Of a DNA stretch of 64,000 nucleotides, positions 42,490-52,763 are shown one piece after another. Within the stretch, counting starts at the first letter, position 1. Every line of letters begins with the position of its first letter. The stretch is from Marinicella sp. (GTDB lineage: Bacteria > Pseudomonadota > Gammaproteobacteria > Xanthomonadales > Marinicellaceae), in assembly GCA_965230295.1 (NCBI GenBank), contig OZ246001.1, positions 224,001 to 288,000 on the forward strand, given 5' to 3'. Made by a program: the position numbers and the translations under genes. Below the pieces are notes generated by a model that was given only the letters and a program-made list of their open reading frames with translations, had not been told where the DNA came from and ran no database searches.

Positions 42490-43095
42490 ATGAAAAATTT
42501 TAAATTAAAACCTGTCAATGCAGCCATTGCAGCAGCCGTAACAGTCGTTGGAGCTGGTGCTTTAATGAGTGGCACGGATAACCCATTTGGTCAAACAGAT
42601 TTGAGCGATGGTTACCAAAATGCTGATGGTCGCATTGCTAAAGCCGATGGGTCTGGAGAAGGCAAATGCGGTGAAGGTAAATGTGGCGGCGACGATAAAA
42701 AAGCCGAAGGCAAGTGCGGTGAAGGCAAATGCGGTGGCGACAAAAAAGCCGAAGGCAAATGTGGTGAAGGCAAATGCGGCGGCGACAAAAAAGGCAAAAA
42801 AGCCGAAGGCAAATGCGGTGAAGGCAAATGCGGCGGCGACAAAAAAGGCAAAAAAGCCGAAGGCAAATGCGGTGAAGGCAAATGCGGTGGCGATAAAAAA
42901 GGCAAAAAAGCCGAAGGCAAATGCGGTGAAGGCAAATGCGGCGGCGACAAAAAAGCCGAAGGCAAGTGCGGTGAAGGCAAATGCGGCGGCGACAAGAAAG
43001 CCGAAGGCAAGTGCGGTGAAGGCAAATGCGGCGGTGATAAAAAAGCCGACAAAGCCGAAGGTAAATGCGGCGAAGGTAAATGCGGCGGCCAATAA
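42490..43095 (+). CDS. hvfA: HvfA-family (oxazolin/bufferin-like) RiPP precursor with 9 x EGKCGEGKCGG
   Basis: Signal-like N-terminus, NPF..LSDGY leader motif, 18 EGKCG units; upstream of the DUF692 gene. Confidence 0.9.
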   Translation: MKNFKLKPVNAAIAAAVTVVGAGALMSGTDNPFGQTDLSDGYQNADGRIAKADGSGEGKCGEGKCGGDDKKAEGKCGEGKCGGDKKAEGKCGEGKCGGDKKGKKAEGKCGEGKCGGDKKGKKAEGKCGEGKCGGDKKGKKAEGKCGEGKCGGDKKAEGKCGEGKCGGDKKAEGKCGEGKCGGDKKADKAEGKCGEGKCGGQ

Positions 43096-43109
43096 CTGGA
43101 TAAACTGAA

Positions 43110-43964
43110 ATGAAAAAATTAGACATTTCAGGCGCCGGTATCGGTTTGAGACGGGGACTTGTGTCCCCGTTTCAGTCTCATGGTGACCTCAATCCAGTCA
43201 AGTTCATGGAAGTGGCACCAGAAAACTGGATGACTGTGGGCGGTAAAGCCCAACATGACTTCAGGGCTTTTGCTGAGCAATACCCCATGATTTTGCATGG
43301 ATTATCGCTTTCTATAGGTGGGCCTGATGAACTTAATGTGGCTTTTCTCAAAGCTTTAAAAAAATTCAAAGAATCCATCAAGGCACCCATTTATTCAGAA
43401 CACCTCTCCTATTGCACTGATGGCGGTCAATTGTATGATTTGATGCCCATTCCATTCACCCTGGAGGCGGCCGATTACGTGGCGGATCGAGTCTTACAGG
43501 TGCAAGACATCTTAGGTGAACGCATGGCACTGGAAAATGTGTCATATTACTTACGCCAGCCCAACTCGGAAATGACTGAGATTGAATTCATCAACCATGT
43601 CATCAAGAAAGCTGATTGTTATTTACATCTGGATGTCAACAACATCCATGTCAATAGCGTTAATCACCGTTATGACCCCTATGAATTTCTCAACCAGTTA
43701 CCCACTGACAGGATTGCATATATTCACATTGCCGGCCACTATAACGAAGCCGATGATTTGATCGTTGATACCCATGGTGCAGCTGTGATTGAAAAGGTGT
43801 GGCAAATCTTAGAATACACATACCAAAATCATGGCGTTTATCCAACACTTTTGGAACGTGATTTTAATTACCCGCCTGTCGTAGAATTATTGCGTGAAGT
43901 GTCGCGCATAGATGCCTTACAAGAAAAATACAGTGCCAGTCATGACCAGCAAGCCATCCTTTAA
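43110..43964 (+). CDS. hvfB: Multinuclear non-heme iron oxidative enzyme (DUF692/MNIO, HvfB-like)
   Basis: GIGLR, EVAPENW, HGLSLSIG, SEHLS, ENVSYY, LDVNN, HIAGH, DTHG, LLERD. Confidence 0.93.
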   Translation: MKKLDISGAGIGLRRGLVSPFQSHGDLNPVKFMEVAPENWMTVGGKAQHDFRAFAEQYPMILHGLSLSIGGPDELNVAFLKALKKFKESIKAPIYSEHLSYCTDGGQLYDLMPIPFTLEAADYVADRVLQVQDILGERMALENVSYYLRQPNSEMTEIEFINHVIKKADCYLHLDVNNIHVNSVNHRYDPYEFLNQLPTDRIAYIHIAGHYNEADDLIVDTHGAAVIEKVWQILEYTYQNHGVYPTLLERDFNYPPVVELLREVSRIDALQEKYSASHDQQAIL

Positions 43965-44700
43965 ACAAGTTCAAGTCGACTTCGCAGCTCACATCAGGGA
44001 TCCAGAATCAAACCTCATTCCTGATCACATCGAAGAGCGGCGCATGGACATCTATCGAAACTTGTTCATTAACAGCATCAGTGGCTTACTGAGCGGCTCA
44101 TTTCCAGTCATGAGGTCCCTATTCAGCGATACTGCCTGGGAAAAGCTGGTCAGACAGTTTTTTAAGAAAGAACACAACAAAACCCCTCACTTCCCGGAAA
44201 TACCACGTGAATTTGTGGAATTCCTGAAACAGCATGAAGTGGATCCCAAAAGACCATTTTTATATGAACTGGCCCATTATGAGTGGATTGAGTTGCACTT
44301 AGAAAAACACTCTGTAGAAATCAATAAAAACCATTCAACCCAAGAGCAACAATTGCTGGATCAAATACCTGTGGTTTCTCCGCTGGCCAAAATCCAGGCT
44401 TACCAGTACCCAGTGCACCAAATTAAATCTGATTACCAACCCACTGAACCGTCAGCACAGCCATTGTTTATGCTGATATGGCGAGATGCTGATTACCAAG
44501 TTCAGTTTGCAGAATTGAATCCGTTCTCTGCCATGTTGTTAGAAACATTGGTCAATAACAACAACCAAACCGGCGAACAGATACTGCGTGTACTGGCAGA
44601 ACAAAACAACCAACCAAATACTGACCAATTCATAGTATTCGGCCACCAAGCCATGACCAAATGGCTTCATCAAGACATCATATTAACTACAGAAAAATAA
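43942..44700 (+). CDS. hvfC: DUF2063 RiPP-recognition partner protein (HvfC-like)
   Basis: FAAHIRDP, RRMDIYRNL, FPV, TPHFPEI, ELAHYEW. Confidence 0.9.
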   Translation: MTSKPSFKQVQVDFAAHIRDPESNLIPDHIEERRMDIYRNLFINSISGLLSGSFPVMRSLFSDTAWEKLVRQFFKKEHNKTPHFPEIPREFVEFLKQHEVDPKRPFLYELAHYEWIELHLEKHSVEINKNHSTQEQQLLDQIPVVSPLAKIQAYQYPVHQIKSDYQPTEPSAQPLFMLIWRDADYQVQFAELNPFSAMLLETLVNNNNQTGEQILRVLAEQNNQPNTDQFIVFGHQAMTKWLHQDIILTTEK

Positions 44701-44714
44701 CAAAGGAGACAAAC

Positions 44715-45380
44715 ATGTCATTACATGCTGCACAAAATTTGTGGGTCAATCTCACCAGCCGTTTGAATTCAGTGGGCCAATGGGTGCCACCATTTTTAAT
44801 TCGTTTGATCCTGTTTTGGGAGTTTTACGAGGCAGGCACACAGAAAATCAATGGTGAAAATTGGTTTGCAGGCATTCAAAGCAACTTCCCTTTCCCGTTC
44901 AATCACATTCCAGCAGACGTCTCCTGGTTTATGGCAGCCTGGGGCGAATATTTATTCGCCATCCTGTTGTTACTGGGTTTATTCACCCGATTTGCTGCCG
45001 TTTCATTATTGGTGATCACAGCAGTAGCCACAGCAGCCGTTCACTGGCCTGAAAGTTATTCATCATTAGGTCAATTGTGGGAAGGCTATGCGATATCCAA
45101 CAAAGGCGCTGGTAACTTTAAACTGCCATTGTTGTTTGTGATCCTGCTGTTGCCATTGATCTTCTCTGGCGGTGGTAAATTCAGTCTGGATCATGTATTG
45201 ACAAAATTTACAGGCGGTGATGGCACCCACCCCATCACTTCTGATTTCGTTTCGAAAGGTTTGGGTCTGATCGTGATCGGCTTGCCTTTGTTCTTTGTCA
45301 CTGATTATGTGGGCATCGGATTGATCGTGTTGGGCATTGTATTGGCCATTGCTGATCGATTCATCACACCAAAGGGGTAA
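44715..45380 (+). CDS. DoxX-family membrane protein of the MNIO RiPP operon
   Basis: RLILFWEFYEAG, FPFPF, LLGLFTR, VHW, GNFKLPL, GGKFSLD. Confidence 0.88.
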   Translation: MSLHAAQNLWVNLTSRLNSVGQWVPPFLIRLILFWEFYEAGTQKINGENWFAGIQSNFPFPFNHIPADVSWFMAAWGEYLFAILLLLGLFTRFAAVSLLVITAVATAAVHWPESYSSLGQLWEGYAISNKGAGNFKLPLLFVILLLPLIFSGGGKFSLDHVLTKFTGGDGTHPITSDFVSKGLGLIVIGLPLFFVTDYVGIGLIVLGIVLAIADRFITPKG

Positions 45381-45397
45381 ACTTAAGAATCAACTTT

Positions 45398-45427
45398 AAA
45401 AAAGGCCGTATTTTGCGGCCTTTTTTA
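45398..45427 (+). terminator. Intrinsic terminator
   Basis: AAAGGCCGTA-TTT-TGCGGCCTTTTTT. Confidence 0.8.
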
Positions 45428-45523
45428 TGCTTCTGACCACAAACTTAATTTATTCGACACAGTTTTACCCAAATCACAACGATTATGAGTACAATGTTCC
45501 GTCCAAAAAAGACGGAACAATCA

Positions 45524-47710
45524 ATGAAGCAATGTTTAATTCTGTTGTTGTGTGTGGGCACAGCAATACCAGCCCAAGCGGGTCTTGAAGACCTGCTCAT
45601 CAGCGAAATCAACATCATCCCTAACAGCGATGAATTCATAGAAATTCATAACAAAGGCGTTGATGTCATCGACTTATCTGATGTTTATCTGACTGATGCC
45701 ACATTCTCGAACGGCAATGTCTTCTATTACCAGTTGGTAACCGGCGGCGGTGGCGGTGGCGGTTTCAGTGACTTCTACGCCAGATTTCCAGCTGGAGCCA
45801 GCATCACCCCAGGAGAATACCAAACAGTTTCACTCAGCGGTTCCATTGACTTTTTCAACGCTTACGGTGAACAGCCAACCTATGAGTTGTTTGAAGATGC
45901 CGTTTCAGCCGACGGTGTACCTGACATGCGAGAGGCTGTAACCGGCTCCATCAACGACCAGGGATCCTTAACTGACGACAGTGGCGAAGTGGTGGTTTTG
46001 TTGTATTGGGATGGCGCCACAGATCTGGTACAAGATTTGGATTATGTGGTTTGGGGTGACAAAGTTGAAGCCATTGACAAAAGCGGTGTGGCCATAGATG
46101 GCCCTGATGGAGGTGCCGATACCACCACGTACCTGGCAGACACAGCCATAGCTGCACAAACCGCCATTGCCACATCCGCTCATGCCAGTGGTAACAGTTG
46201 GCAACGCATTGACATGACTGAAGGTGCAGAGTCACAATCCGGTGGCAATGGTGTAGCCGGCAGCGATGAAATGTCAGAAAACACAGACTTCACCTTTGGC
46301 GAAGGCGTTCCCACCCCCAATGCAGCCACCAACATCGCACCACCCGTGGCTCAATTTGTGATCAATGAAATTGATGCCGTCAGCAACAATGCTGACTTCA
46401 TTGAATTGTTTGGCAATGCCAACACCAGTACCGATGGATATACAGTGGTCTTGTATGATGGCCTTAATGATGAAGCCACTGCTGTGATCAGTCTGGATGG
46501 CATGAGTACAGATGCCAATGGTTATTTATTGCTGAATAATGCCCTGGAAGACGGTGCTGATGCCGTGGCCTTGTATGCTGCAGATTCAATGAACTTTAAC
46601 ATGGGCGACCCGATCACCTTGACTGACCTCATGGATGCCATAGTTTACGACTCTGGACAACCCGATGATGCTGAATTATTGGGCCTGATCAATGTGGGTC
46701 AGCCACAAGTCAACGAAAATGCCAACGGCAATGCAATGAATGAATCACTGATCCGTTGCACCAATGGATCTGGCGGACAGTTGAACACCAGTTCATTCAA
46801 AGCCTTTACCCCATCACCAGGCGCAGCCAACCTTAATTGCATCACCTTTGATGGTTATTATGACAGTGCAGATGATACCAATTCAGATACATTGCGGCTG
46901 TCATTGCACCAAATAATTGATGACCATGTTTCATACCCCTACACTTCAGGTTCAACAGATACTTGGGATGTGTTGAGTTTCGCAGATGAAGATCCTAACC
47001 CCGCTGTAGATATCAACCCTTCAATTTCAGAAAAAGTATGGATGGTCTATCGAAATATTTCATTTGATACCGAAACTGGTGGCAACAGTAATTACAACAG
47101 AGAGCATACTTGGCCACAATCTTATGGATTTGCTGATGATGTTTTGGGAGATGACAACACAGCCCGAACCGATGCACACCATTTGATGTTGTCAGACATC
47201 AATTACAATTCAAGCCGTGGAAATAAATATTTTGATTATTGCGACACTGGTTGTAACGAGTTGGTCACAGTAGATTATAATGGACAAGGCGGTGGCTCTG
47301 GAGCATATCCAGGCAATTCAAATTGGACCAACGGAACTGTTTTTGAGGTATGGAATGCCAGAAAAGGAGACATCGCCCGTGCCATGTTTTATATGGATGT
47401 CAGATATGATGACCTTCCAGGTGACCCAAGTGGCATACCCATCGGAGAAGTTGATCTTATTTTGACTGATGACCCAAATGACATAAATAATGACCAACCT
47501 TACATGGGTTTATTATCGGTGCTGTTAGCGTGGCATGATTTTGACCCTGTTGATGAAATCGAATTACTAAGGAATGATGAAGTGTTTGCGCTCCAAGAAA
47601 ATCGCAATCCATTCGTTGATCACCCGGAATGGGTTGAATGTATCTTTGTTGCTGGAGGCAAATGCACCACCAACATTGATGACCTCATCTTTGCCGATGA
47701 TTTTGAGTAA
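45524..47710 (+). CDS. Secreted endonuclease I-family nuclease with N-terminal lamin-tail-like domains and C-terminal DLIFADDFE motif
   Basis: LLISEI..EFIEIHN, VINEI..DFIEL; NREHTWPQS, TDAHHL, NSSRGN, KGDIARAMFYM, NRNPFVDHPE. Confidence 0.88.
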   Translation: MKQCLILLLCVGTAIPAQAGLEDLLISEINIIPNSDEFIEIHNKGVDVIDLSDVYLTDATFSNGNVFYYQLVTGGGGGGGFSDFYARFPAGASITPGEYQTVSLSGSIDFFNAYGEQPTYELFEDAVSADGVPDMREAVTGSINDQGSLTDDSGEVVVLLYWDGATDLVQDLDYVVWGDKVEAIDKSGVAIDGPDGGADTTTYLADTAIAAQTAIATSAHASGNSWQRIDMTEGAESQSGGNGVAGSDEMSENTDFTFGEGVPTPNAATNIAPPVAQFVINEIDAVSNNADFIELFGNANTSTDGYTVVLYDGLNDEATAVISLDGMSTDANGYLLLNNALEDGADAVALYAADSMNFNMGDPITLTDLMDAIVYDSGQPDDAELLGLINVGQPQVNENANGNAMNESLIRCTNGSGGQLNTSSFKAFTPSPGAANLNCITFDGYYDSADDTNSDTLRLSLHQIIDDHVSYPYTSGSTDTWDVLSFADEDPNPAVDINPSISEKVWMVYRNISFDTETGGNSNYNREHTWPQSYGFADDVLGDDNTARTDAHHLMLSDINYNSSRGNKYFDYCDTGCNELVTVDYNGQGGGSGAYPGNSNWTNGTVFEVWNARKGDIARAMFYMDVRYDDLPGDPSGIPIGEVDLILTDDPNDINNDQPYMGLLSVLLAWHDFDPVDEIELLRNDEVFALQENRNPFVDHPEWVECIFVAGGKCTTNIDDLIFADDFE

Positions 47711-47779
47711 TTCAATGGCATAAGCAGCTCAAAAGGCAAGTCCATGACTTGCCTTTTTTATGTCCAGAGTAACAACCGA

Positions 47780-49270
47780 TCAGTCGGCCACAGTCAACAA
47801 CTTATACTCATCCAAGGCGCTGTGATCGGTCATGGCGCTGATGTGATCCTGAACCAGGCGGCAGCGGTAATAAAATTCCCACAATTCAGGGTCAGAACTG
47901 TGTTGGTCGATGCTTTTGCTGTAGGCTTTGGTGATTTTTTTATCCACCCGGTTCAACAACAATGCCTCGTAGGACATACCTTGATGGTCCCCTGCAGTCA
48001 GTGCTTGGAATTGGGCACCTGATAATTTCAACAAGGCCCAATAAATATCCAACAATCCAGTGATGATGCGATGTCCTTGCAGTTCTAAGTCTTGAACTTC
48101 CTGGTGGTTAAAAACATGCTCAAAACCTACCTTTTTGAAAGTCTTGATGATGTGGTTGGCCACACTGCCATCTTCCAGCAATGCTTGATTGAATTCGCCA
48201 CCATACACAGCAGATAAATGATCGATAAACCGCTGACTGGCATGGTTAACCAAGTGGTGAATCAAATTCACCCTTAACTTAACAAAATACTCATGGTTGT
48301 GGTTGATGGTGTCCTTACGGCCTGCTTCACTGGCCATTTCCAAAATTTCACTGAAGCTGTTACGTCGTCCATTAAAAGACAAAATATCAGCAGCATCAAG
48401 CTCCCCGCCAAATGCTGCATAAGTAGATGACAACAAGCGCGTCAGTTCATCCAATCCTAAAATCCCTTTTTCAACGGCATCTTCCAAATCAGCCAGACAG
48501 TAAGCGATGTCATCAGCGGCTTCCATGACATAGGTAAAGGGATGCCGGTGACCCGGTTGAATTTGTAATTGTGCCAACATCTCTTTGACAAACGGCTTTT
48601 CCGACAAATAATAGCCAGGCTTTTTTTGTAAGTAACTCAATGGGTCTGATGGGTCAGGTTTGGCATGATATGCAGCACGGGTGTATTTAAGTATGCTGGC
48701 AGATTGTGCATAGGTCAGGTTCATTTGTTGTAAGGAAAATGTCAACCGGATGGCTTGGGCATTGCCCTCAAACTGCATCAAATCTTGTTGCATGTTCATG
48801 CTCAACGTCAGGTTATCAGCACCCTGGAACACTTTGAACTCATTCAGGTGGCGTGTAAACCATTCAGATATGGCCACTTCACCAAAATGACCAAATGGCG
48901 GGTTACCAATGTCATGCATCAAACAAGCCATTTCCACCAAAGATTCAACTGCTGGCTGTAATTCTGCCAATCCTAAGTCAGAAGTTTTATCTGCCAGTTT
49001 CTTGTAAATGGTTTTGACGATGAACCGGCCATTTTGTTGCACCTCCATCGAGTGTGTCAGCCTGGATCTCACCGCAGCATTGCGCTCCAGTGGAAAGACT
49101 TGGGTTTTTTGTTGTAACCGCCGCACAGATGCCGAGTTGATGATGCGGCCCCGATCACTCTCCAAGGCATATTCGATGCGTTTAGGGTCATCTACCGGCT
49201 GTTTATTGCGGTCGTATGGTCGATTGACAATCAGCTTGTTTTTAAAGTTGATGGGTGATTTGAAATCCAT
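47780..49270 (-). CDS. dgt: Deoxyguanosinetriphosphate triphosphohydrolase
   Basis: RRLQQKTQVFPL, RSRLTHS, HDIGNPPFGH, EAADDIAY. Confidence 0.93.
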   Translation of the reverse strand: MDFKSPINFKNKLIVNRPYDRNKQPVDDPKRIEYALESDRGRIINSASVRRLQQKTQVFPLERNAAVRSRLTHSMEVQQNGRFIVKTIYKKLADKTSDLGLAELQPAVESLVEMACLMHDIGNPPFGHFGEVAISEWFTRHLNEFKVFQGADNLTLSMNMQQDLMQFEGNAQAIRLTFSLQQMNLTYAQSASILKYTRAAYHAKPDPSDPLSYLQKKPGYYLSEKPFVKEMLAQLQIQPGHRHPFTYVMEAADDIAYCLADLEDAVEKGILGLDELTRLLSSTYAAFGGELDAADILSFNGRRNSFSEILEMASEAGRKDTINHNHEYFVKLRVNLIHHLVNHASQRFIDHLSAVYGGEFNQALLEDGSVANHIIKTFKKVGFEHVFNHQEVQDLELQGHRIITGLLDIYWALLKLSGAQFQALTAGDHQGMSYEALLLNRVDKKITKAYSKSIDQHSSDPELWEFYYRCRLVQDHISAMTDHSALDEYKLLTVAD

Positions 49271-49415
49271 GGTCGTATTTTAATCGAGGGCCAAATCAAA
49301 TACTGAACTAATTTTTGCTATCAACCAAGAGTCCACTCTATTGATAGGCAAAAAAAAGGGCCACCCCGAATTCTATTCACGGGGTAGCCCTTTTTAATCT
49401 TTCTTGAAAATCAGC

Positions 49416-51503
49416 TTACTTGGCTTCTTTTCTGGCTTTGGCCGCTGCAATCACTTCTTCAGAGATGGCGTTTGGACATGCACTGTAATGCGAGAACTCC
49501 ATAGAGAACTGACCACGACCTGAAGTCATGGTACGCAATGAACCAATGTAACCAAACATTTCTGACAAAGGTACATCCGCTTTGATGCGCACAGCAGTGG
49601 CGGTTGGGTCTTGCGACTTGATCATGCCACGTCTTCGGTTCAAATCACCAATCACATCACCCACATGATCGTCTGGCGTGAACACATCAACTTTCATGAT
49701 CGGCTCCATGATTTGTGGCGAACACTTCTTCACAGACTGACGGTAAGCACCTTTGGCCGCTGCTTCAAACGCCATGGTTGAAGAGTCAACCGCGTGATAA
49801 GCACCGTCTTGCAAAGTGAATTTCAAGTCTTGTAACGGATAGCCAGCCAGTGGGCCTTCTTCCATCATCATCTCAAAACCTTTTTCAATCGCAGACCAAT
49901 ACTCTTTAGGCACATTACCACCGGTTACGGTTGATTCGAACTCATAGCCTGATCCCACTTCGCCCGGCTCAATGGTGAAGTCAATTTTACCAAACTGACC
50001 AGAACCACCTGATTGTTTCTTATGCGTGTAAGAATCTTCAACTGAGCTGGTGATTGACTCACGGTAGGCCACTTGCGGTGCACCCACTTCCAACTCAACG
50101 CCAAAAGTACGTGACAAGATGTCCACTTTGATGTCCAAGTGCAATTCACCCATACCTTTCAAAATAGTCTCACCTGAATCTTCATCAGTTTCCACTTGGA
50201 AAGATGGATCTTCGGCAACCATTTTACCCAAGGCGTTACCCATTTTCTCAGAACCGCCTTTGTCTTTTGGTGAAACAGCAATAGAAATCACTGGATCAGG
50301 GAAGATCATCGGCTCCAAAGTACAAGGGTGTTTCTGATCACATAAAGTGTGGCCAGTTTGTACGTTCTTCATACCTACAACAGCCAAAATGTCACCGGCT
50401 TGAGCTGAGTCCAGCTCGTTGCGGTCATCGGCGTGCATTTCTACCATACGACCCACACGTTCTGTTTTACCAGTGGCCGAATTCAAGATGGTGTCACCTT
50501 TGTTGATTTTACCTGAGTAAATTCTGACGAAGGTCAAAGCACCAAATCGGTCATCCATAATTTTGAACGCCAAGGCACGGAATGGTTCGTCAACAGAAAC
50601 AATGGCTTTCTCACCAGTAGGCTCGCCAGTTTCTTCATCAGTTAAATCCTGAGGATCCACTTCTACAGGGCTTGGTAAGTAATCTACAACTGCATCCAAG
50701 ATTAATTGCATGCCTTTGTTTTTAAACGCCGAACCACAGTAAGTTGGGAAGAAGGCCAAATCACGGGTACCTTTGCGGATACACTTTTTGATGTCTTCCA
50801 TAGAAACGTCTTCACCTTCCATGTAAGCCATCATCAAGTCATCATCTTGCTCAACAGCTGTTTCGATCAATTGCTCATGGTATTTTTCAACTTTATCAAC
50901 CATGTCAGCAGGCACATCCTGAACCTCAAAGTTTTCAGGTTGGCCCGTGTCGTCCCAAACATAGGCTTTCTTAGACAACACATCAACCACACCAACGAAG
51001 TCATCTTCGATACCAATCGGCAAGGTCATGACCAATGGGTTGGCACCCAGCACGTCTTCAACCTGCTTGACGACTCGGTAAAAATCAGCGCCCATGCGGT
51101 CCAATTTATTTACGAAGATCAAACGTGCAACGCCTGATTCATTGGCATAACGCCAGTTGGTTTCAGACTGAGGCTCAACACCACCAGATCCACAGAACAC
51201 ACCAACACCACCATCCAATACTTTCAACGAACGGTAAACTTCAACAGTGAAGTCAACGTGGCCCGGGGTATCGATGATATTGAAACGGTGATCTTTCCAG
51301 AAACATGTGGTCGCAGCTGATTGAATGGTGATACCACGTTCAGCTTCTTGATCCATGAAATCCATGGTTGATTCACCATCGTGAACCTCGCCCAACTTGT
51401 GGATTTTACCGGTTAACTTAAGAATCCGCTCGGTGGTGGTGGTTTTTCCCGCATCCACGTGAGCAAAGATACCAATATTTCTGTATTTTGCTAAATCTGT
51501 CAT
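49416..51503 (-). CDS. fusA: Elongation factor G (stand-alone copy)
   Basis: [30 protein letters not shown]; no rpsL/rpsG/tuf adjacent. Confidence 0.97.
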   Translation of the reverse strand: MTDLAKYRNIGIFAHVDAGKTTTTERILKLTGKIHKLGEVHDGESTMDFMDQEAERGITIQSAATTCFWKDHRFNIIDTPGHVDFTVEVYRSLKVLDGGVGVFCGSGGVEPQSETNWRYANESGVARLIFVNKLDRMGADFYRVVKQVEDVLGANPLVMTLPIGIEDDFVGVVDVLSKKAYVWDDTGQPENFEVQDVPADMVDKVEKYHEQLIETAVEQDDDLMMAYMEGEDVSMEDIKKCIRKGTRDLAFFPTYCGSAFKNKGMQLILDAVVDYLPSPVEVDPQDLTDEETGEPTGEKAIVSVDEPFRALAFKIMDDRFGALTFVRIYSGKINKGDTILNSATGKTERVGRMVEMHADDRNELDSAQAGDILAVVGMKNVQTGHTLCDQKHPCTLEPMIFPDPVISIAVSPKDKGGSEKMGNALGKMVAEDPSFQVETDEDSGETILKGMGELHLDIKVDILSRTFGVELEVGAPQVAYRESITSSVEDSYTHKKQSGGSGQFGKIDFTIEPGEVGSGYEFESTVTGGNVPKEYWSAIEKGFEMMMEEGPLAGYPLQDLKFTLQDGAYHAVDSSTMAFEAAAKGAYRQSVKKCSPQIMEPIMKVDVFTPDDHVGDVIGDLNRRRGMIKSQDPTATAVRIKADVPLSEMFGYIGSLRTMTSGRGQFSMEFSHYSACPNAISEEVIAAAKARKEAK

Positions 51504-51548
51504 GTCGTTAATCTGTCGTTATTTATCGCAGGGATAAAGTTAAAAATC

Positions 51549-51680
51549 AGGTCTACTTACGTTAAAGAGACCTTTGGCTAAATTGCTGAACAGGTTCGAT
51601 TTTTTTTCGATCTTGGGGTCCAACGTTTTAGACAAAAGTCTCTCAGTCACTTCACGAAACCATAAAGTGCGCGCATCATA
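51549..51680 (-). promoter_or_regulatory. fusA promoter (-10 TATGAT plus GC-rich discriminator) and structured 5' leader
   Basis: Minus-strand TATGAT-GCGCGC at 51680-51669; long hairpin 51567-51642. Confidence 0.5.
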
Positions 51681-51814
51681 CTATAAAAGTGCGCTGAGGT
51701 TAAGGAATTCGTGAGATATTGGGGTATTTTTTTGAAATTCAAATAAAAAAAGTAAGGGCCCATTAAACCAGGCCCTTACTTTTGTCTCGATACTTCTTAA
51801 AGGTAAGTCTGTGG

Positions 51815-52456
51815 TTACAGGTATACCACCAAAGCAACCATAGCCACAGTCAGTGCCAGAGACAAATGAATCACACCTTTGACACTGGCCATGGGGCCCA
51901 TTTTGCCAAACAGCGCATTCAGCTCAATCAATACTGTTAAACCCAATGCTGCCCACAGACCATTGGACATACTGGTGGTAATTGGAACCATGCCTTCCAT
52001 AACGGCTGCCCCATGTTTTGATGCGAACATGCAAAACAACATAGGTGCTGACAATAAGGTGTTGGTTCTTGAAGCCAAACCAGCTTTGGCGGCACTTGAT
52101 GCCACATCACCACTGGCTAAACCCAACACCACTTTCTGATTGGGCCAGATGATCAACCACACATTCAACATCATGAAGGTGCCCATCAATGCACCGAGCA
52201 ATATCCAACCAGTTGTAGCAGTGCCCAAAACGCCCAATAAGACCACACCAGTAAGGAACGTCATCATGGCACCCCATCGGAACCACCAAAGTGCTCTGGT
52301 GGCCAATTTGGCTTTGACATCTGGCAATGCTTCCTGAGAAGCCTCTTTGAAATACTCACCTTGTACGAAATTGAAGTAATACAACAAGCCGATCCAAGTG
52401 ATACCAAACAACCCATGACCCCAACGAGCCAATAAATCTACCCAAACATTGTCCAT
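51815..52456 (-). CDS. Urate_ox_N / PuuD-like membrane protein
   Basis: RWGH..GITWIGLLYYFN, ALWWFRW, NVWLIIWPNQK, SRTNT. Confidence 0.82.
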   Translation of the reverse strand: MDNVWVDLLARWGHGLFGITWIGLLYYFNFVQGEYFKEASQEALPDVKAKLATRALWWFRWGAMMTFLTGVVLLGVLGTATTGWILLGALMGTFMMLNVWLIIWPNQKVVLGLASGDVASSAAKAGLASRTNTLLSAPMLFCMFASKHGAAVMEGMVPITTSMSNGLWAALGLTVLIELNALFGKMGPMASVKGVIHLSLALTVAMVALVVYL

Positions 52457-52763
52457 AGTGCCTCCTCTTGACATTAAAATTACGTTAATAGCATTGTATG
52501 GAAGAAGGATTCAACCGTCAATTAATAGATTGATTGATAAGGATTTTTTTAAAGTTAACGCCATGCTGCATGATGGCACGATTGATGTTTTCCAATGTTT
52601 TTATTTTTTATAATTCTATCCGCCGATGCATGACTTTATGTCCAGGATTGTTTTGTATTTATTTGTTAAAATGTTTTACATATGTCTGACAATGTGGGTT
52701 TTCACTTGACAATACGCATGCGTATGGTGAAAATATTTCATTCCGTTTTTAACAAGCAAACTT

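Noticed and set aside
42562-43126. Alternative-frame repeat ORFs (AFAFT, PPHLPS, RRICLH, KANAVK)
   Set aside because: Shadows of the EGKCG tandem repeat; only 42490-43095 has an RBS, signal-like leader and operon context
47780-49270. Anti-phage dGTPase
   Set aside because: Looks like the housekeeping Dgt type, and no defence genes flank it
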